Assembly (NCBI GenBank): GCA_037447605.1
Contig: CM074812.1
Span: forward strand, 3,100,001-3,164,000
Direction of reading: 5' to 3'
Length of the DNA: 64,000 bases
Source: Zygnema circumcarinatum SAG 698-1b
Lineage: Eukaryota; Plantae; Zygnematophyceae
In this document: piece by piece, positions 1 to 12,696 of the stretch
Layout: each line of letters begins with the position of its first letter
How positions within the stretch are numbered: the first letter of the stretch is position 1
Position numbers and translations under genes: made by a program
Notes under the pieces: generated by a model
The model's database searches: none
Told to the model about the DNA's origin: nothing
What the model saw: the letters and a program-made list of their open reading frames with translations, nothing else

Positions 1-15
1 AGAGAGAGAGAGAGA

Positions 16-64
<49 letters not shown>

Positions 65-450
65 AGCGAGATCCTCGCCTTCGATAGCCGGAGTCCGACC
101 ACTTGAGTTTCGCCAGTTTCCGCATCTCGATCGTACATCACTTCTTTGCAGACCTGCCTCAAATGCACTCTGCAACATCACATGACATCGGCAACATCAT
201 TTTCTCGCGCACATACACATCACAATCCCCTCATCTCACCATACATCCAGTTTCCTTCTCATCCTCAAAACTGAAATAACCTTAAACAACACTAAAACTC
301 TAAACCCCAAAAGAAAAATCACACCTAAACCTAAAAATTCTTAAGAACCACCAAAAAGCTCACCCAAGAAATACCCTCACACTACTCAAAAAAAGGGCCC
401 TCCCTCCCTCCCTCCCTCCCTCCGTCCCTGCCTTCTGCCTCCCTCCCCAT
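1..450 (-). repeat. Near-exact second copy of 1697-2146, including a duplicate ZDS exon (168-78)
   Basis: The sequence attgagcgagatcctcgccttcgatagccgg... is at 61 and again at 1757 (offset 1696). The copies are separated by the 10-N gap at 634-643. Confidence 0.9.
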
Positions 451-672
451 TCCCATCCCTCCCTCCCTCCCTCCCTCCCTTCCCACACCACCTCACTCCA
501 CACACTCCCATCCTCCCCTTACTCCCTCATCCCCTCTCCCACACTCCACCCTGTCGACCTCCCTCCCTCCCTCTCCTCTCTCTCCGTCCCTCCCTCCCTC
601 CCTCCCTCCCTCCTCCCCATCTGTCCTCATTTCNNNNNNNNNNGAGAAAGATAGCGAGAGAGAGATGCTGAC

Positions 673-1118
673 CTGGACAGTTCCATGTCCTGCATTTCCG
701 TTACCCATCCGTTGTACCGCAGCTGCACCGTTATGACCGGCACTCCCTCTAACGCGTAAATGCGATCGAACAGTTCCCACTCTCTCCACTCCGAAGGGAG
801 GACCTTCTTTATGCCGGGGACGTCTAGGGCTGACGTCACCCCCACCACACAAAAACGCTACGTCATCACTCATTGGGATGGCATCATCACATCGATGACA
901 TCACATCATCATGGAACAGATGGGTCGCTCGCTCATCACTTTTGGGGCATCGACGACATCACATGTTGACGATTACATCACTTCAGGGAAGGCAACCGAC
1001 GACGTCTTCTTATACTCATTACATCACTTCACAGCTATCCGTTACATCATCTTTCGTCGATAACACCCTTCTTCAATAGAAATACTTCAATGTATGCCAA
1101 CATCGACTCCCACTACAC

Positions 1119-1151
<33 letters not shown>

Positions 1152-1668
1152 ACTCTCTCTCTCACAATCTCTCTCTCTCTCTCTCTCTCTGAAATCTCTC
1201 CCACACATCGCTCAACGTCTCTCGCACCTCTCCCACACCTCTCTACCTCTCGCACACCTCTCACCTCCGTCAGGTAGTCTCTGTTCTGCTGTTCTCACCT
1301 GCCACATATACGTCTGCTGTCACTATCTGCTCCTCCCCTGCCTGCAAAAACCTCCATTTTGATTTTCTAACCTTTAAATTCAGCAAAAAAAAGAGAAAGA
1401 CAAGAGAGAGAGGGAGACAGAGGTGGGAGAGAGAGGGAGAGGAGCGAAAGGGAGAAAGGAGGGAGAGAGGAGGGAGAGAGGAGTGGCAGTGGGAGAGCGA
1501 GGGAAAGGGGGGGGGAGAACGAGAGGGGAGAGTGAGAGAGAGAGAGGGAGACAGGGAGATGGGAGAGAGGGAGAGGAGCGAGGGGGGGAGAGGGAGGGAG
1601 AGAGGAAAGGCAGAGTGGGAGGAAGAGGGAAAGGGAGGAAACGAACGAGAAGGGACAGCGAGTGTGGA

Positions 1669-1759
<91 letters not shown>

Positions 1760-2646
1760 AGCGAGATCCTCGCCTTCGATAGCCGGAGTCCGACCACTTG
1801 AGTTTCGCCAGTTTCCGCATCTCGATCGTACATCACTTCTTTGCAGACCTGCCTCAAATGCACTCTGCAACATCACATGACATCGGCAACATCATTTTCT
1901 CGCGCACATACACATCACAATCCCCTCATCTCACCATACATCCAGTTTCCTTCTCATCCTCAAAACTGAAATAACCTTAAACAACACTAAAACTCTAAAC
2001 CCCAAAAGAAAAATCACACCTAAACCTAAAAATTCTTAAGAACCACCAAAAAGCTCACCCAAGAAATACCCTCACACTACTCAAAAAAAGGGCCCTCCCT
2101 CCCTCCCTCCCTCCCTCCGTCCCTGCCTTCTGCCTCCCTCCCCATTCCCATATCTTCTCCCTCCTCCCTCCTTCCCACACCTCACCATCTACTGACATCT
2201 CATCTCTTTGCTTCCTCATCCCTCCACACTCCACCCTGTCGATTCTCCTCTCCTTCTCCTGTCCTCCCTCCCTCCCCATCTGTCCTCATTTTCCTCCTCC
2301 TCTCCTCCTCCCCTGGTTCCTCCGCCTCCTCCTCCTCCTTCCTGTCTTCCTCCTCCTCCCTGCTCTTCCTCTTCCACCTCCCATAAACACGTCATTACCC
2401 CTCACCTTCCCGATGTACTTAACGATCGAACTGCCTGCGAAGTTTTTCTTCGTCCGGCGATCCGTTCAACATCCGTAGAACTGACGCCTCCGTTTTGGTC
2501 GCAAAGAACGCGAAGATGGTGAGCATGCACCGCGCGGAGATGGCGTCGCAGTCGATGAACCCCAAAGCGTACGCGATCGGGTCCCACAGGCGGGAGATGC
2601 TCGCACGGGACCCGCCGTGGGAGAGAAACCACTCGGAGAAGCTGAT
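673..2646 (-). CDS. ZDS: Zeta-carotene desaturase, internal exons only (2646-~2394, 1864-1774, 1341-1299, 829-673)
   Basis: Exon translations [80 protein letters not shown]...[22 protein letters not shown] and [53 protein letters not shown] match plant/algal ZDS. Splice phases agree for the last three exons. The 3' end of the first exon (2394-2450) is out of frame. The 5' exons were not found (N gap at 3206-3305). Confidence 0.93.
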
Positions 2647-3914
2647 CTGAGGGGAGGAGGAGGGAGGGAGGGAGTGGAGGGAGGGAGGAGGAGAGAGGAA
2701 GAGGGGAGTGAGGGAGGGGGAGGGAGGAGGGGAGGGAGAGGGGGGGGGAAGGGAGTGGAGGGGGGAGGAGGGATGGAGGGGAGGAGGGGAGGGGGAGATG
2801 GGGAGGGGAGGGGGGGAGGGAGGAGGGAGGGGGAGGGATGGGGGAGGGAGCGGGGGAGGGGGAAGGGGGTGGAGGGAGGAGGAGGGAGGGAGGGGGGGAG
2901 GAGGGAGGGAGGATGGGAGGAGGGAGCGGGTGGAGGGAAGGGGGAGGGGGGGAGGCGGGAGGGAGGGAGCAGGGGGGAAGGGCGGGAGGGAGGAGATGAG
3001 GGAGGGAGGATGGGGGAGGGGGGGGTGGAAGGAGGAGGGAGAGGGGGGAGGGAGAGGGGGAAGAGGGAGGAGGGGTGGGGAAGGCTGAAGGAGGGGGGGG
3101 AGAAGGAGGGAGGGCAGAAGGGGAGGGAGGGGGGGAGGGGAGGGGGGAAGGGGAGGAGAAGGGGGCAAGGGGTGGAGGGAGGAGGGAGAGGAAGGAGGGA
3201 GACGGNNNNNNNNNNNNNNNNNNNNNNNNNNNNNNNNNNNNNNNNNNNNNNNNNNNNNNNNNNNNNNNNNNNNNNNNNNNNNNNNNNNNNNNNNNNNNNN
3301 NNNNNCACTCCGTTCCGTTCTCCGTTTGCTGCCCGGAGAACATTTCAGGCTCTGCAAGGAGAAAAAAAACCAAAAAACACAAAAAAAAAAGATGTACATA
3401 TGTATAGAAACTGAAAAGCTGCAATTTTACTTTATCATTGTTGATCCTAAAAATCATAACAATAATACAACATGTTACTTGAAGGTAATTTCCTATTTCA
3501 ACAAAAGGCTTTATTAATTATTCAAATGCTTCTCTATCTTGAATGATGAAGTACCTTCTTCAAAGTGCTCCTCAAGATGCGAGAATCAGAGAGACTTTGC
3601 ATCTGCATCTCCAAAAGAAGGGGAGGGGTGAGAGGAGATGGAGGGAGGGAGGGAGGGAGAGAGAGAGGGAAGAGAGAAAAGAGAGGAGAGGGAGGGAGGA
3701 AGGAGAGAGTCGAGGGAGGAAGGAGAGAGTCGAGGGAGAGAGAGGTGAGAGCAGAGGGAGGGAGGAAGAAGAGAGAGGAGGGACGGAGGGGTGAGATGAG
3801 AGGGAGGGAGGGAGGGAGAGAGCAGGGAGAGTGGGGTGAGATGTGAGGAAGGGAGGGAGAGAGAAGAGGAGAGGAAAAAGAGGAGAGTGAGGGAGGAAGG
3901 AGAGCGAGGAGGAG

Positions 3915-4045
3915 AGGGTGGAGATGAGAAAGGGGAGGGAGGGAGAAGAGAGGGAGAGCATGGCGGACGAGAGGGGAAAGTAGAGAGGGAGGTTGAATGC
4001 ACAGCAGCATTAACGGTTTATATGTAAGGAGTATGTGAGGGAACG
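3915..4045 (-). repeat. Short dispersed repeat; second copy in the opposite orientation at ~10030-10150 (FEX intron 3)
   Basis: The reverse complement aaaccgttaatgctgctgtgcattcaacc...cccctctcgtccgccatgctctccctctc aligns with aaaccgttgatgctactgtgcattcaacc...cccctctcgtccgccatgttctccctctc. Confidence 0.75.
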
Positions 4046-5392
4046 AGGGGAGAGAGGGAGAGTGGGAGTTTGGGAACGAAAGCGAGAAGAGAGAGGGAGA
4101 TGGCGAGATGGAGAGTGAGAATGGAAAGGAGAGAGTTGGGAAAAGGAGTAGGCGACCTAGAAGGTGGAGGAGAGAAGAAGTAGAGAGGGAGAGGAAGAGG
4201 GAGAGGTGCAAGGGCAGGTGAGGGAGAGGGTTGGAACGAGAGAGGAGAATGAAAGGGAAGAGGAGATAGAGGCAATTAATGGAGGAAATGGGGCGGGTGG
4301 GGAGGAAGCGGAGGAGGGGAGGGAAATGGAAAGGGGGAAGAAATATAGAGGGAGAGGTGGGAAGAGAGAGAGAGAGAGGCGGAAGGGAGGGAGGGAGGGA
4401 GGGAGAGAAAGTGGAAGTGAGAGAGAGGAGGGGAGCAAAGATGGTGCGAGAGGGGGAGAGAAAGAGGGGGAGAGAGAGCGAGGAAGAGGAAGGGAGAGAG
4501 CGAGAGAGAGAGAGAGGCACAGATAGGGAGAGAAGACACCCCTCCTTCCCCCTACCTGTGAAGACGCCAGCTGGCAGCTTCCAAGGCCTGCCACGTGGCC
4601 CATCCTCTCCACCGAAAGACCCAGTTGCATGCTGCCACGTGTCGCCATCTGGTTTGCCAGAGGCGCCCCCTCCCTCTTCCCCTCTCCTCCCCTTCAACCC
4701 TAAACCCTAAATCCCCCAAAAATCCGAAAACCCTAAAACCCAAAAAAACCCAGAACCCAGAAACTAGGGCTTGTCCAGAGCCACTTTGGGAAAAAAAACA
4801 GGGAAAAAATGGTGGGAGGTGGGCTTTCTCCGAAGAGAAGTTTTTACTTCGAGTGTCCGCTAATGACGGTGCGCCACGTGGACACATGTGTTGACTTGGC
4901 GAATGGGCATTGGTGGAATCTTTAATGAAAGTTCGCAATGGGTCAAAAGGACTAAGTTTGTTAAATGTTTTAGATTTGAAGGGGCGGGATACCGCTTTTT
5001 CATTTTATTTTTCCAGCCACAATGTTTGCGCCACGTGGCGGCTTCTAATTGCGCCACGGGTGTAACTGGATAGCTCTGATCTACGCTTCGCAATTAACGG
5101 AGCTTACACGGAACCGTTGTGTGAAAGTTCCAGTTCTGGTGCAGATTTACTGCACTAGTTCTTCCTATGGCTGAACAAAAAACGAGTACTATACGGCAGT
5201 GTCCCACGGAATATTTTAGTTTTTAAATGGGAAACTGCAGTACTGATTCTTTACTGGGTCATTTGATGTACGGCCACTGACGGACAGGGAAAACGACGGG
5301 TCAGGGTCAAACAGACAAGATCTCCTGGACGAATTTTAAACTAAATTATTACTTATGGTGTTCATTTCTTTGTAGGAACTCGGTATCACATG

Positions 5393-5487
5393 AACGCAAA
5401 CTTTCATTGAACTCGCGATGGCGAGGCCATCAAATTTACATGGATAAAGGCAAAATGTGGAACCACGAAGGACTGGTCACAAAGGAC
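5393..5487 (+). repeat. Dispersed ~95-bp hairpin-containing repeat, copy 1
   Basis: Exact reverse complement of 12602-12696. Diverged relatives are at 26069-26151, 26208-26327 and 55755-55862. Confidence 0.9.
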
Positions 5488-8388
5488 CGAAACACAATAA
5501 AACGAAGCTAGGAGCGGAAAACTACGCCTAGGCACAACAACGCANNNNNNNNNNGAAAGGAAGGGGATGGGAAAGGAAGGGAGGAGGGAAAGGAAAGGAG
5601 AGGAGGAGAAACGGGGAGGAAAGAGGGAAGGGAAGGGAAGGGAGAAAGGAAGGGGAGGGGAAATGAGAAGGGGGGGGGGAGAAGGAAAAGGTAAAGGAAA
5701 AGGAAAAGGTATCACATGGTTCTAATTCTACTTACAATCTTTGACACGGAAATGTCGGTGGAACAGTTGTCCACGTCACTTTATGACCTGTCGATCTCCC
5801 ATTGGTTTAGCGTCAGACAGCAAACGGCGAAACTCTGTTCCATGTGAAGCCACGCAAGGCCAGTTCTTGTTCTAACTTCCAACGCTTGACACGCTGCGCC
5901 TGTATAGCCAATAGCAGTCCAACACGTGGAGGAAACCGTACGGATGCAGCCGTACTTCGAGAACGCGAAAGGAGACCCGACCGCATGGTTTTTTAGGGTT
6001 TCTAGGGTTTCTAAGGTTTGCAGGGTTTTTAGGGTTTAGGTGCGTGCGTGTGCGAGCGTAAGCACTGTACCAAAATTGGATCGGGGTTCCAGGCATGGAG
6101 TGGCGCCAACCGTCCGATTTGCCACGAGGTTACATCGAGTAGTAGTTACAGTACATGGATCAACGGTGGATCACCTTCTGTCACGACACCACTCCTACGC
6201 CCCTATGCGATTCCACTACAGTAGTAAGTGTCCGTACACGTTGTCAGTTGGTGCGAACTCCGTCCGTACAATTTTAGCTGTTTCGGGGTTTTACTGTACT
6301 GTAGGTTCTTTAGGTCTTGGAGGGTACTAGGATTTCTAGGGTTGAAGGGTTTAAGGTTTTCTAGCGTTCGTAGGGTTTTTTTTTTTTTCTGGGTTTTAGG
6401 GTTTTTAGGGTTTTTCGGGTTTTTTCAGGGCTCTAAAACCCTAGAACCCTGCCCGTACGAATGTAGACACTTCCCTTCATGAACACCTTTGGCGGCGCTT
6501 GGCCGCAACGCGACAAATGTAGAATCTTAGCCGAATCTTGACTAACTAGAAAAGGACAAATGTCAGCTTGCTGGACCAATAGGAATTCTGCCTTACACAT
6601 TTCTAGCCGGGGCACGGGCGGGCAGCTTTGTTGTCATGCTTCCAGCTGTTGTACGGTGATGTGTACAAAGGACTGGACTTAACATAACGACAAAACTGTC
6701 CTGCCTGACAGTCACCACAGTCCAACAGGATGCTGACGTTGTCCAGCCGGATGGATCGATGATAACGTATGATGATGACGTTTCAATTTGTCGTATTATC
6801 TGGCCATTCCTAACTGAGGGTGGGCTGCCAATCTTGAATAAATGGAAGGCGATTTGATTCGGGCTGCATTTCGAATTTAGTACATTTTGAGTCCACTTTT
6901 GTCTTACATTTGGTACTAACTTCGATTTTGCTATCTTATGGAATTTTTTCGGAAGACAAGCTCTCAAAGTCAGAATCAGTACATGAAAAATTGAAATTGT
7001 CCCAAGAAATTTACTTTTTTCGGAAAAGGATATTGAAACGATACCCATAAGATTTTCTCCATCAAATTTTTTCAACGATCGACAGTCCCTGAAGGTTACT
7101 CTATTTTGAGAAAGCCAATGAAAGGTCGCCACGTGAGCACGTATGCTGACGTGGGGTGCTCTGATTGGCGGAAATCTGTCATGTCAGCCTCGTCCCAACC
7201 CCCACTCCCACAGCCCCTCTCTCCGTTTCCATGCTCCCTAAGGGTACCGTTCCGCGTTTCTGGGCTTACCTCCGGAAACCGACAAAAACCTCCACCGCAC
7301 GATACCCCCATAGGGTGAAACCTCCAAATCTGAACCGTCCAATGATGGCCTTAGCAACCTCTGATGTAATCGGACGGTCCAGAACCAACCACGTGGCTGA
7401 TCTTAGTCGCGCTGTCAGCCAATGGACGGCTCAGATTCGATCCAGGTTAGGTGTTATCTGCAGCCGTTGTGACCTCCCTCAGAAAAAACCGTTTTTTTTA
7501 GGGTTGGAGGTAAGCGGGGTTGGTAGGGAAAGGAAGGGAGGGGAGGTAGATCTGCGCATGTCCTTCTCCAGGGGAGGTGGTATCTGGCGCGAGTGTAGAC
7601 TGGAAGGGGTCAATTTTGTGGGGGAGGTTCATCACTTAGAGCCTGAGGAGGTGATCGGAATTACGGAGTACGGGACTGAGCACATGGAGAGGAAGGCAGC
7701 GGCTGAGGCTGAGCGAGAGGGAGAGGGAGGGCTAAGAAAAAATTGAGCGAAAAAATTAAAAATTAAAAAGTGGGGTTTTTAGAAAACCAGATTTGCGAAG
7801 TGGGTTTTTCTTTTTGGGGCGATTTCTGAATTGGGTTTTCGATTTTTGGGGGATATTTGAAAGTGGGTTTTTGATCCAGAGCAGTTTTTTGAAGAGGATT
7901 TTTTTATTTTTTTTTAAAGGAGGGAGGTGTTAAAGGAGGCATAGGAGGAGAGCTTTTTAAGGGTTAGGGTTAGAACCTGTTTTTCCCTTAGTTGAAGCTC
8001 TCTCTCTCTATCACTCGCGCTCTGTGTCTCTACTCTCTCTATTCTCCCTCCCTCTCGCTCTCTATCTCCCTCTCTATCTTCCCCCCCCCCCTCTCTATCT
8101 CTCTCTCTGAGAACAGATCCTACTTATGTCGCTTTGAATTGGGAAGAAAAGGAAAGCAAAGTGAGGGAGGGAAGATAAGGCTCTCCTCCCACCTATGGAC
8201 TCTGAGCTCTTGCTATACGACAAAAATGATGACGTCAACGGCCAATGTAATCACCAGAAAGAGAGAACTGGGCAGAGAATAAATTACTGAAAGAGAGAGC
8301 GAAATCGGAAATACCTGTCCGTTATCTAGGAGCTGGGGTTTACTTTATCGAGGGAAAGGTAACTTAATCGAGGGAGGCAGTCGTAGTA

Positions 8389-11300
8389 ATGGCATTGAAT
8401 GGAGAGAGAAGAGGAAGGGAGAGATTTGAGGACGCGGGGAAGCAATGCGAGGAGGGGAGCTGCTCTCGGGATGTCGAAGCAGATGATGGAATAAACTCGG
8501 AATGGAATTCCAGAGCTTCAAATTTCCGCAGTTCCACGGATTTGTTGCATGGAGAAGGAGGTCAGCTTGTGGTGATGGATGTGGGGGAGTCTTCAGGAAG
8601 CGGAAGAGATGAGAAGCGGCGGAATAACGTGCAGGTGAGTTGGAAGGAGGGGCCGAGGGGAGGGGGAGGGAGAGGGAGGCGGGAGGGGAGGGGGGAGGGG
8701 GGAGGGGGGAAGGGGAGAAGGAAGGGGGAAAGGAAGGAAGGGGGAAAGGAAGGGGGAAAGGAAGGGGGAAAGGANNNNNNNNNNAGGGGGGAAGGGAGGG
8801 AGGTGGGGACGGGGGGTGGGAAGGGGAAAGGGAAAGGGGGAGGGGGAAGGAGGAGGGGGAGGGGATAGAGGGTAGCGTGGGGGGGGGAGGTGGGGGAGGG
8901 GGAGGGGAAGGGGCGAGGCGTGGGAGGGGGGAAGGGGAGAGGGGACAGAGGAGAGGGGAGAGGAGGGGGGGGGGGGGAGAAACGGGGAGGGGCGAGGAAA
9001 GTGGGAGAGGGGGTGGAGGGGTAGGCGGAGGATGGAGCGAAGGGGGGGAGGGAGGAGGGGAAAGGGGGAGAAGGGTGGGAGGAGTGGGGAGGGGGGAGGG
9101 GGAGGGGGAGGGGGAGGGAATGGTTTCCTGCTGTGATGGTTGTGTAATAAGTTTTTGGTTTTTTGGTTTTTCGAACAATATTGATGTTATGAAATGTGTT
9201 GTTATGATGTTTCAGGACTCTTAAAACCCTAAACCCTAAACACCCTAAAGTCAACGTTGCCTTAACGATGGTGGATTAAAAAAAGTTTTTTTTATGTCGG
9301 CGGCGCAGGTCTCTCCAAAGAGCTCCGATAGTTGCAGTTTGGGAAAAATTCTCGACTTAGTTTCTATTTTGAGCCATTTGGCCTTTTTTAGTATGGTGGG
9401 GGTAAGCCCCTAAAATCTCTGAACCCAAAAATTTAGGAACGGATCGACACCCTTTTATTTGCTTTTTATTTCTTTATTTAATGTATATTTTTTTTTTCCT
9501 TAAGTCATTGTCAAGTAACTTCAAGTGAAGGCGTGCTTCGATTCGAACTAATTTTGGATTTTTTTTTTTTTTTTTTTTTCCTTCAGGTTCTGTTGCGGGT
9601 AGGATTAGAAACTCTTTTTGGACCCAAAATCGGTCACGTCACGGATCCCTATCAAGCCCTTTATGTTGGACTTCTACCGAACATGGTAAACTGCTTCGAA
9701 CACAAAATTTCCACTTACAAGAAACAAAAAAAAAATTGATTTGTTTGTTTATATTTTCGTTTTATTTTGTTTTCTTCTTGTTTTCCCGACTCTTTGAGCA
9801 TTTTTTGAAGATCATTTTTTTGAATTTGTTTCAAGCTATTGGTTATAAGAGGACTCGTTGGTGTATATATCCTCGTTCCTCCTCTACATCTTCCTTCCCC
9901 TCTCTCTCTTTCTCTCGCTCACTTGCTGTCTCTCTCTCCCCCTCTCACTCTCTCTCTCTCTCGTTCTCTCCCCCTCTCTCTCTCTCTCCTCTCTCCCGTT
10001 CGCACTCTCCCTCTCTCCCCTCCCTTCCCTCTCATTCTCCCCACACAAACCGTTGATGCTACTGTGCATTCAACCACGGTCTCTGCTCTCCCCTCTCGTC
10101 CGCCATGTTCTCCCTCTCTTCTTCCTCCCCTTTTCTTATCTCCACCCTCTCCCCCTCCCTCTCCCCCTCCCTCCCTCACCCTCCCTTCCCCCTCCCCACC
10201 TGCTCTCCCCCCTCCTCTCTCCCCTCCCTACCACTCCTCCCCACTTTCCCTTCCCCACTCTCTCCTCCCCCTTCCCCTCTCTCCCCCGCTTCCCCTCCNN
10301 NNNNNNNNTCCCCCTTCCCCTCTCTCCCCCGCTTCCCCTCCCCCTCCCTCCCCTCCCTCCCTCCCTCCCTCCCTCTCTCTCCCTCTCCCTCCCTCCCCCC
10401 CCTCCTTCTCCCTCTCCCTCCCCTCTCTCCCTCCCCACTCTCCCTCCCCCCCTCCCTCTCCCTCTCCCTCTCTCTCTCAGGTGGGCTCCTTCCTCGCCGG
10501 GTGGGCGCACGTGGTGTTCCGTCCCCCCCTCGTCCTCTTCTCCCTCCCCCTCTCTGCGGGCCTCAGCGCGGGTATGAGCACACTCGTGGACTGGAACATG
10601 CGCATGCTCGCAATCGCCGCACAGGGGTGCTGGGTGAGGGCGGGAGTGGGCTACGTTATAGGTATCCCTCTATCTCTCTCTCCCTCTCTTCCCCCTTCTC
10701 TCTCTTTCTCTCTCTCCCTCTCTCCCCCTCTTTCCCCTTCTCTCTCTTTCTCTCTCTCCCTCTCTCACTGTCGCCCTCTCCCTGTCTCTTTCCCATCGTT
10801 ACACTCGCTCTCTCTCTCCCGCTCACTCTCTTCCCCCCACTCTCTCTTCCCCTCTCTCTCTCTCACTCTCACTCTCGAACTCTCTCTCTGTGTCTGTCTC
10901 TCTGTCGCCCTCTGTCTCTCTTTCTCTCTCTGTCTCCCGTTGTATGTCACTGTCGGTTGCGCTCTCTCTGTCCCTCTCTCTCTCTCTCTCTCTCCCCCTC
11001 TCTCTCTCTCTTTCGCTCTCTCCTCCCTCTCGCACGTGTGCCTCGTGTGCTCGCACTCTGCCGCGATCTCTGTCTCGCTCGTCCTTTCTGTCTGTTTGTC
11101 CTTTTCTCTATCGTTGTTCTTCTCTCTCCCTTCTCCTCTCTCTCTCAGCTTCCCTCTCTCTGTATTTCTCTTGGCGTACGTGACTCTTTCGTTTTCACTC
11201 TCTCCCTCTCTCGCACTTGCTCTATCTTTAATTATCGCTCCTTATCTCTTTCCTATTCTCTCTTCCCTCGTTTCCTCTCTCATCTATAAACTTATCTCTC

Positions 11301-12376
11301 TTCCCCCCTCTCTCCCCTCTCTCTCCCTCTCCTCCCATCTCCCCCTCTCCCTCCCTCCCTCTCCCTCCCACTCCCGCAGGCTTGGAACTAGCTTACTTCT
11401 CCCTACTAGTCGGCATTGACTCCGCAAACGCACTCTCCCACTTCATCGAACGGTGGCGCGAAGCCCGAGAAGGGGAGGGCAAATCCCGACCGTTGGATTA
11501 CGCCCCAGATAACGTCGATCGACGGTGGAGATCGCTCCTTTTCATGTTCCCTGCTTCCGTACTTCTTTGTTTTGGAGCCGCGGCTGGAACAGCGGTTGAT
11601 CTGAACTGCCTGGCGAGGAGGAGGATTTGGCTGGCCGTACTGTCGGGTCCACTTGGGACGTGGATCCGGTGGTACTTGGCGCAGTTCAACGGGTGGGGAT
11701 ACGGGAAGGACAGAAAATTTTCGTGGCTGCCCGTGGGAACGCTCATGGCGAATTTGTTGGCGACGATGTTGGCGGCAGCGATTTCAGTTGTGGAGGTTTG
11801 GGTAAGTGAAGGGGGGGAGGGAGAGGGGGGGGGGANNNNNNNNNNGGGGAGGGAGAGAGAGGGGGGAGGGAGGGTGAGGTGGGGGAGGGAATGGGGGGGG
11901 AGGGAGATGAGGGGAAGAGGAAGGGAGAGGGGGAGAGGGGGCGAGAGGGGGCGAGAGGGAGAGGGGGACGGAAGGAGAGAGGGGGGGAGGGAGGGAGTGA
12001 GGGAGGGAGGGAGAGGGGGAGGAGTAGGAGAGGGGGATTTTTCTTTCATTTTTGTCCCTCCTATATCGACTTAAACATTTATTAATATTTGTTTTAATTT
12101 AATTCTTTATTTATTTTTCTTTTACAGGCTGACAGTACGGCTGCCTCTCTCGTGGCGAGAGGCCTCCAATTGGGCCTTCTCGGCTGCATGAGTACTGTTT
12201 CTGGTCTCACGGTTGAGATGTACCAACTCTACAAAACCGGCTCCCATAGGTGGAGGGTCTACGCCTATCCCATCATTACAATTTTGTCGGCTTGTGTGAC
12301 CGGTGTCCTAATTTACAATGTGCCCATAAGCGCGCTTGGGTTACCTTCACAGTCGAACCACAAAGACACTTGTTAG
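8389..12376 (+). CDS. FEX: Fluoride export protein (FEX; two Fluc/CrcB domains), ~429 aa. Exons 8389-8634, 9309-9401, 9587-9685, 10481-10661, 11380-11801, 12128-12376
   Basis: All five introns are GT-AG with consistent phases (0,0,0,1,0). The spliced product contains HLAFFSMVGVLLRVGLETLFGP, LLPNMVGSFLAGW, GPLGTWIRWYLAQFNGWG, WLPVGTLMANLLA and QLGLLGCMSTVS, matching plant FEX. Confidence 0.93.
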
Positions 12377-12601
12377 GGTGTGTTTGTACCCTAGTGGTAT
12401 GGAGTAAGATAGGGTTCTGTGTGTTGAGAGGGAGGGAGAGGGAGAGGGAGGGGGAGGGAGGGGGGGGGGGAGGGAAAGGGGTAGGGAGAGGAAGCGGGAG
12501 AGGGGGGGGGGAAGGGAGAGGTTGAGGGAGAGGGAGAGGGGAAAGGGAAAGAATGAGGGAGAGGGGGAGGGGAGAGGGAGAGGGAAAGATAAAGGGAGAG
12601 A

Positions 12602-12696
12602 GTCCTTTGTGACCAGTCCTTCGTGGTTCCACATTTTGCCTTTATCCATGTAAATTTGATGGCCTCGCCATCGCGAGTTCAATGAAAGTTTGCGTT
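12602..12696 (-). repeat. Dispersed ~95-bp hairpin-containing repeat, copy 2
   Basis: Exact reverse complement of 5393-5487, lying ~225 bp after the FEX stop codon. Confidence 0.9.

Noticed and set aside
5393-5487. Hairpin repeat as a SECIS element, snRNA or Helitron 3' end
   Set aside because: It lacks the SECIS AUGA/GA core geometry, an Sm site, and the CTRR terminus at the expected distance.
7165-7746. 193-aa plus-strand ORF upstream of FEX
   Set aside because: No recognisable motif, no coherent splice context and a non-informative composition; it cannot be supported as coding.
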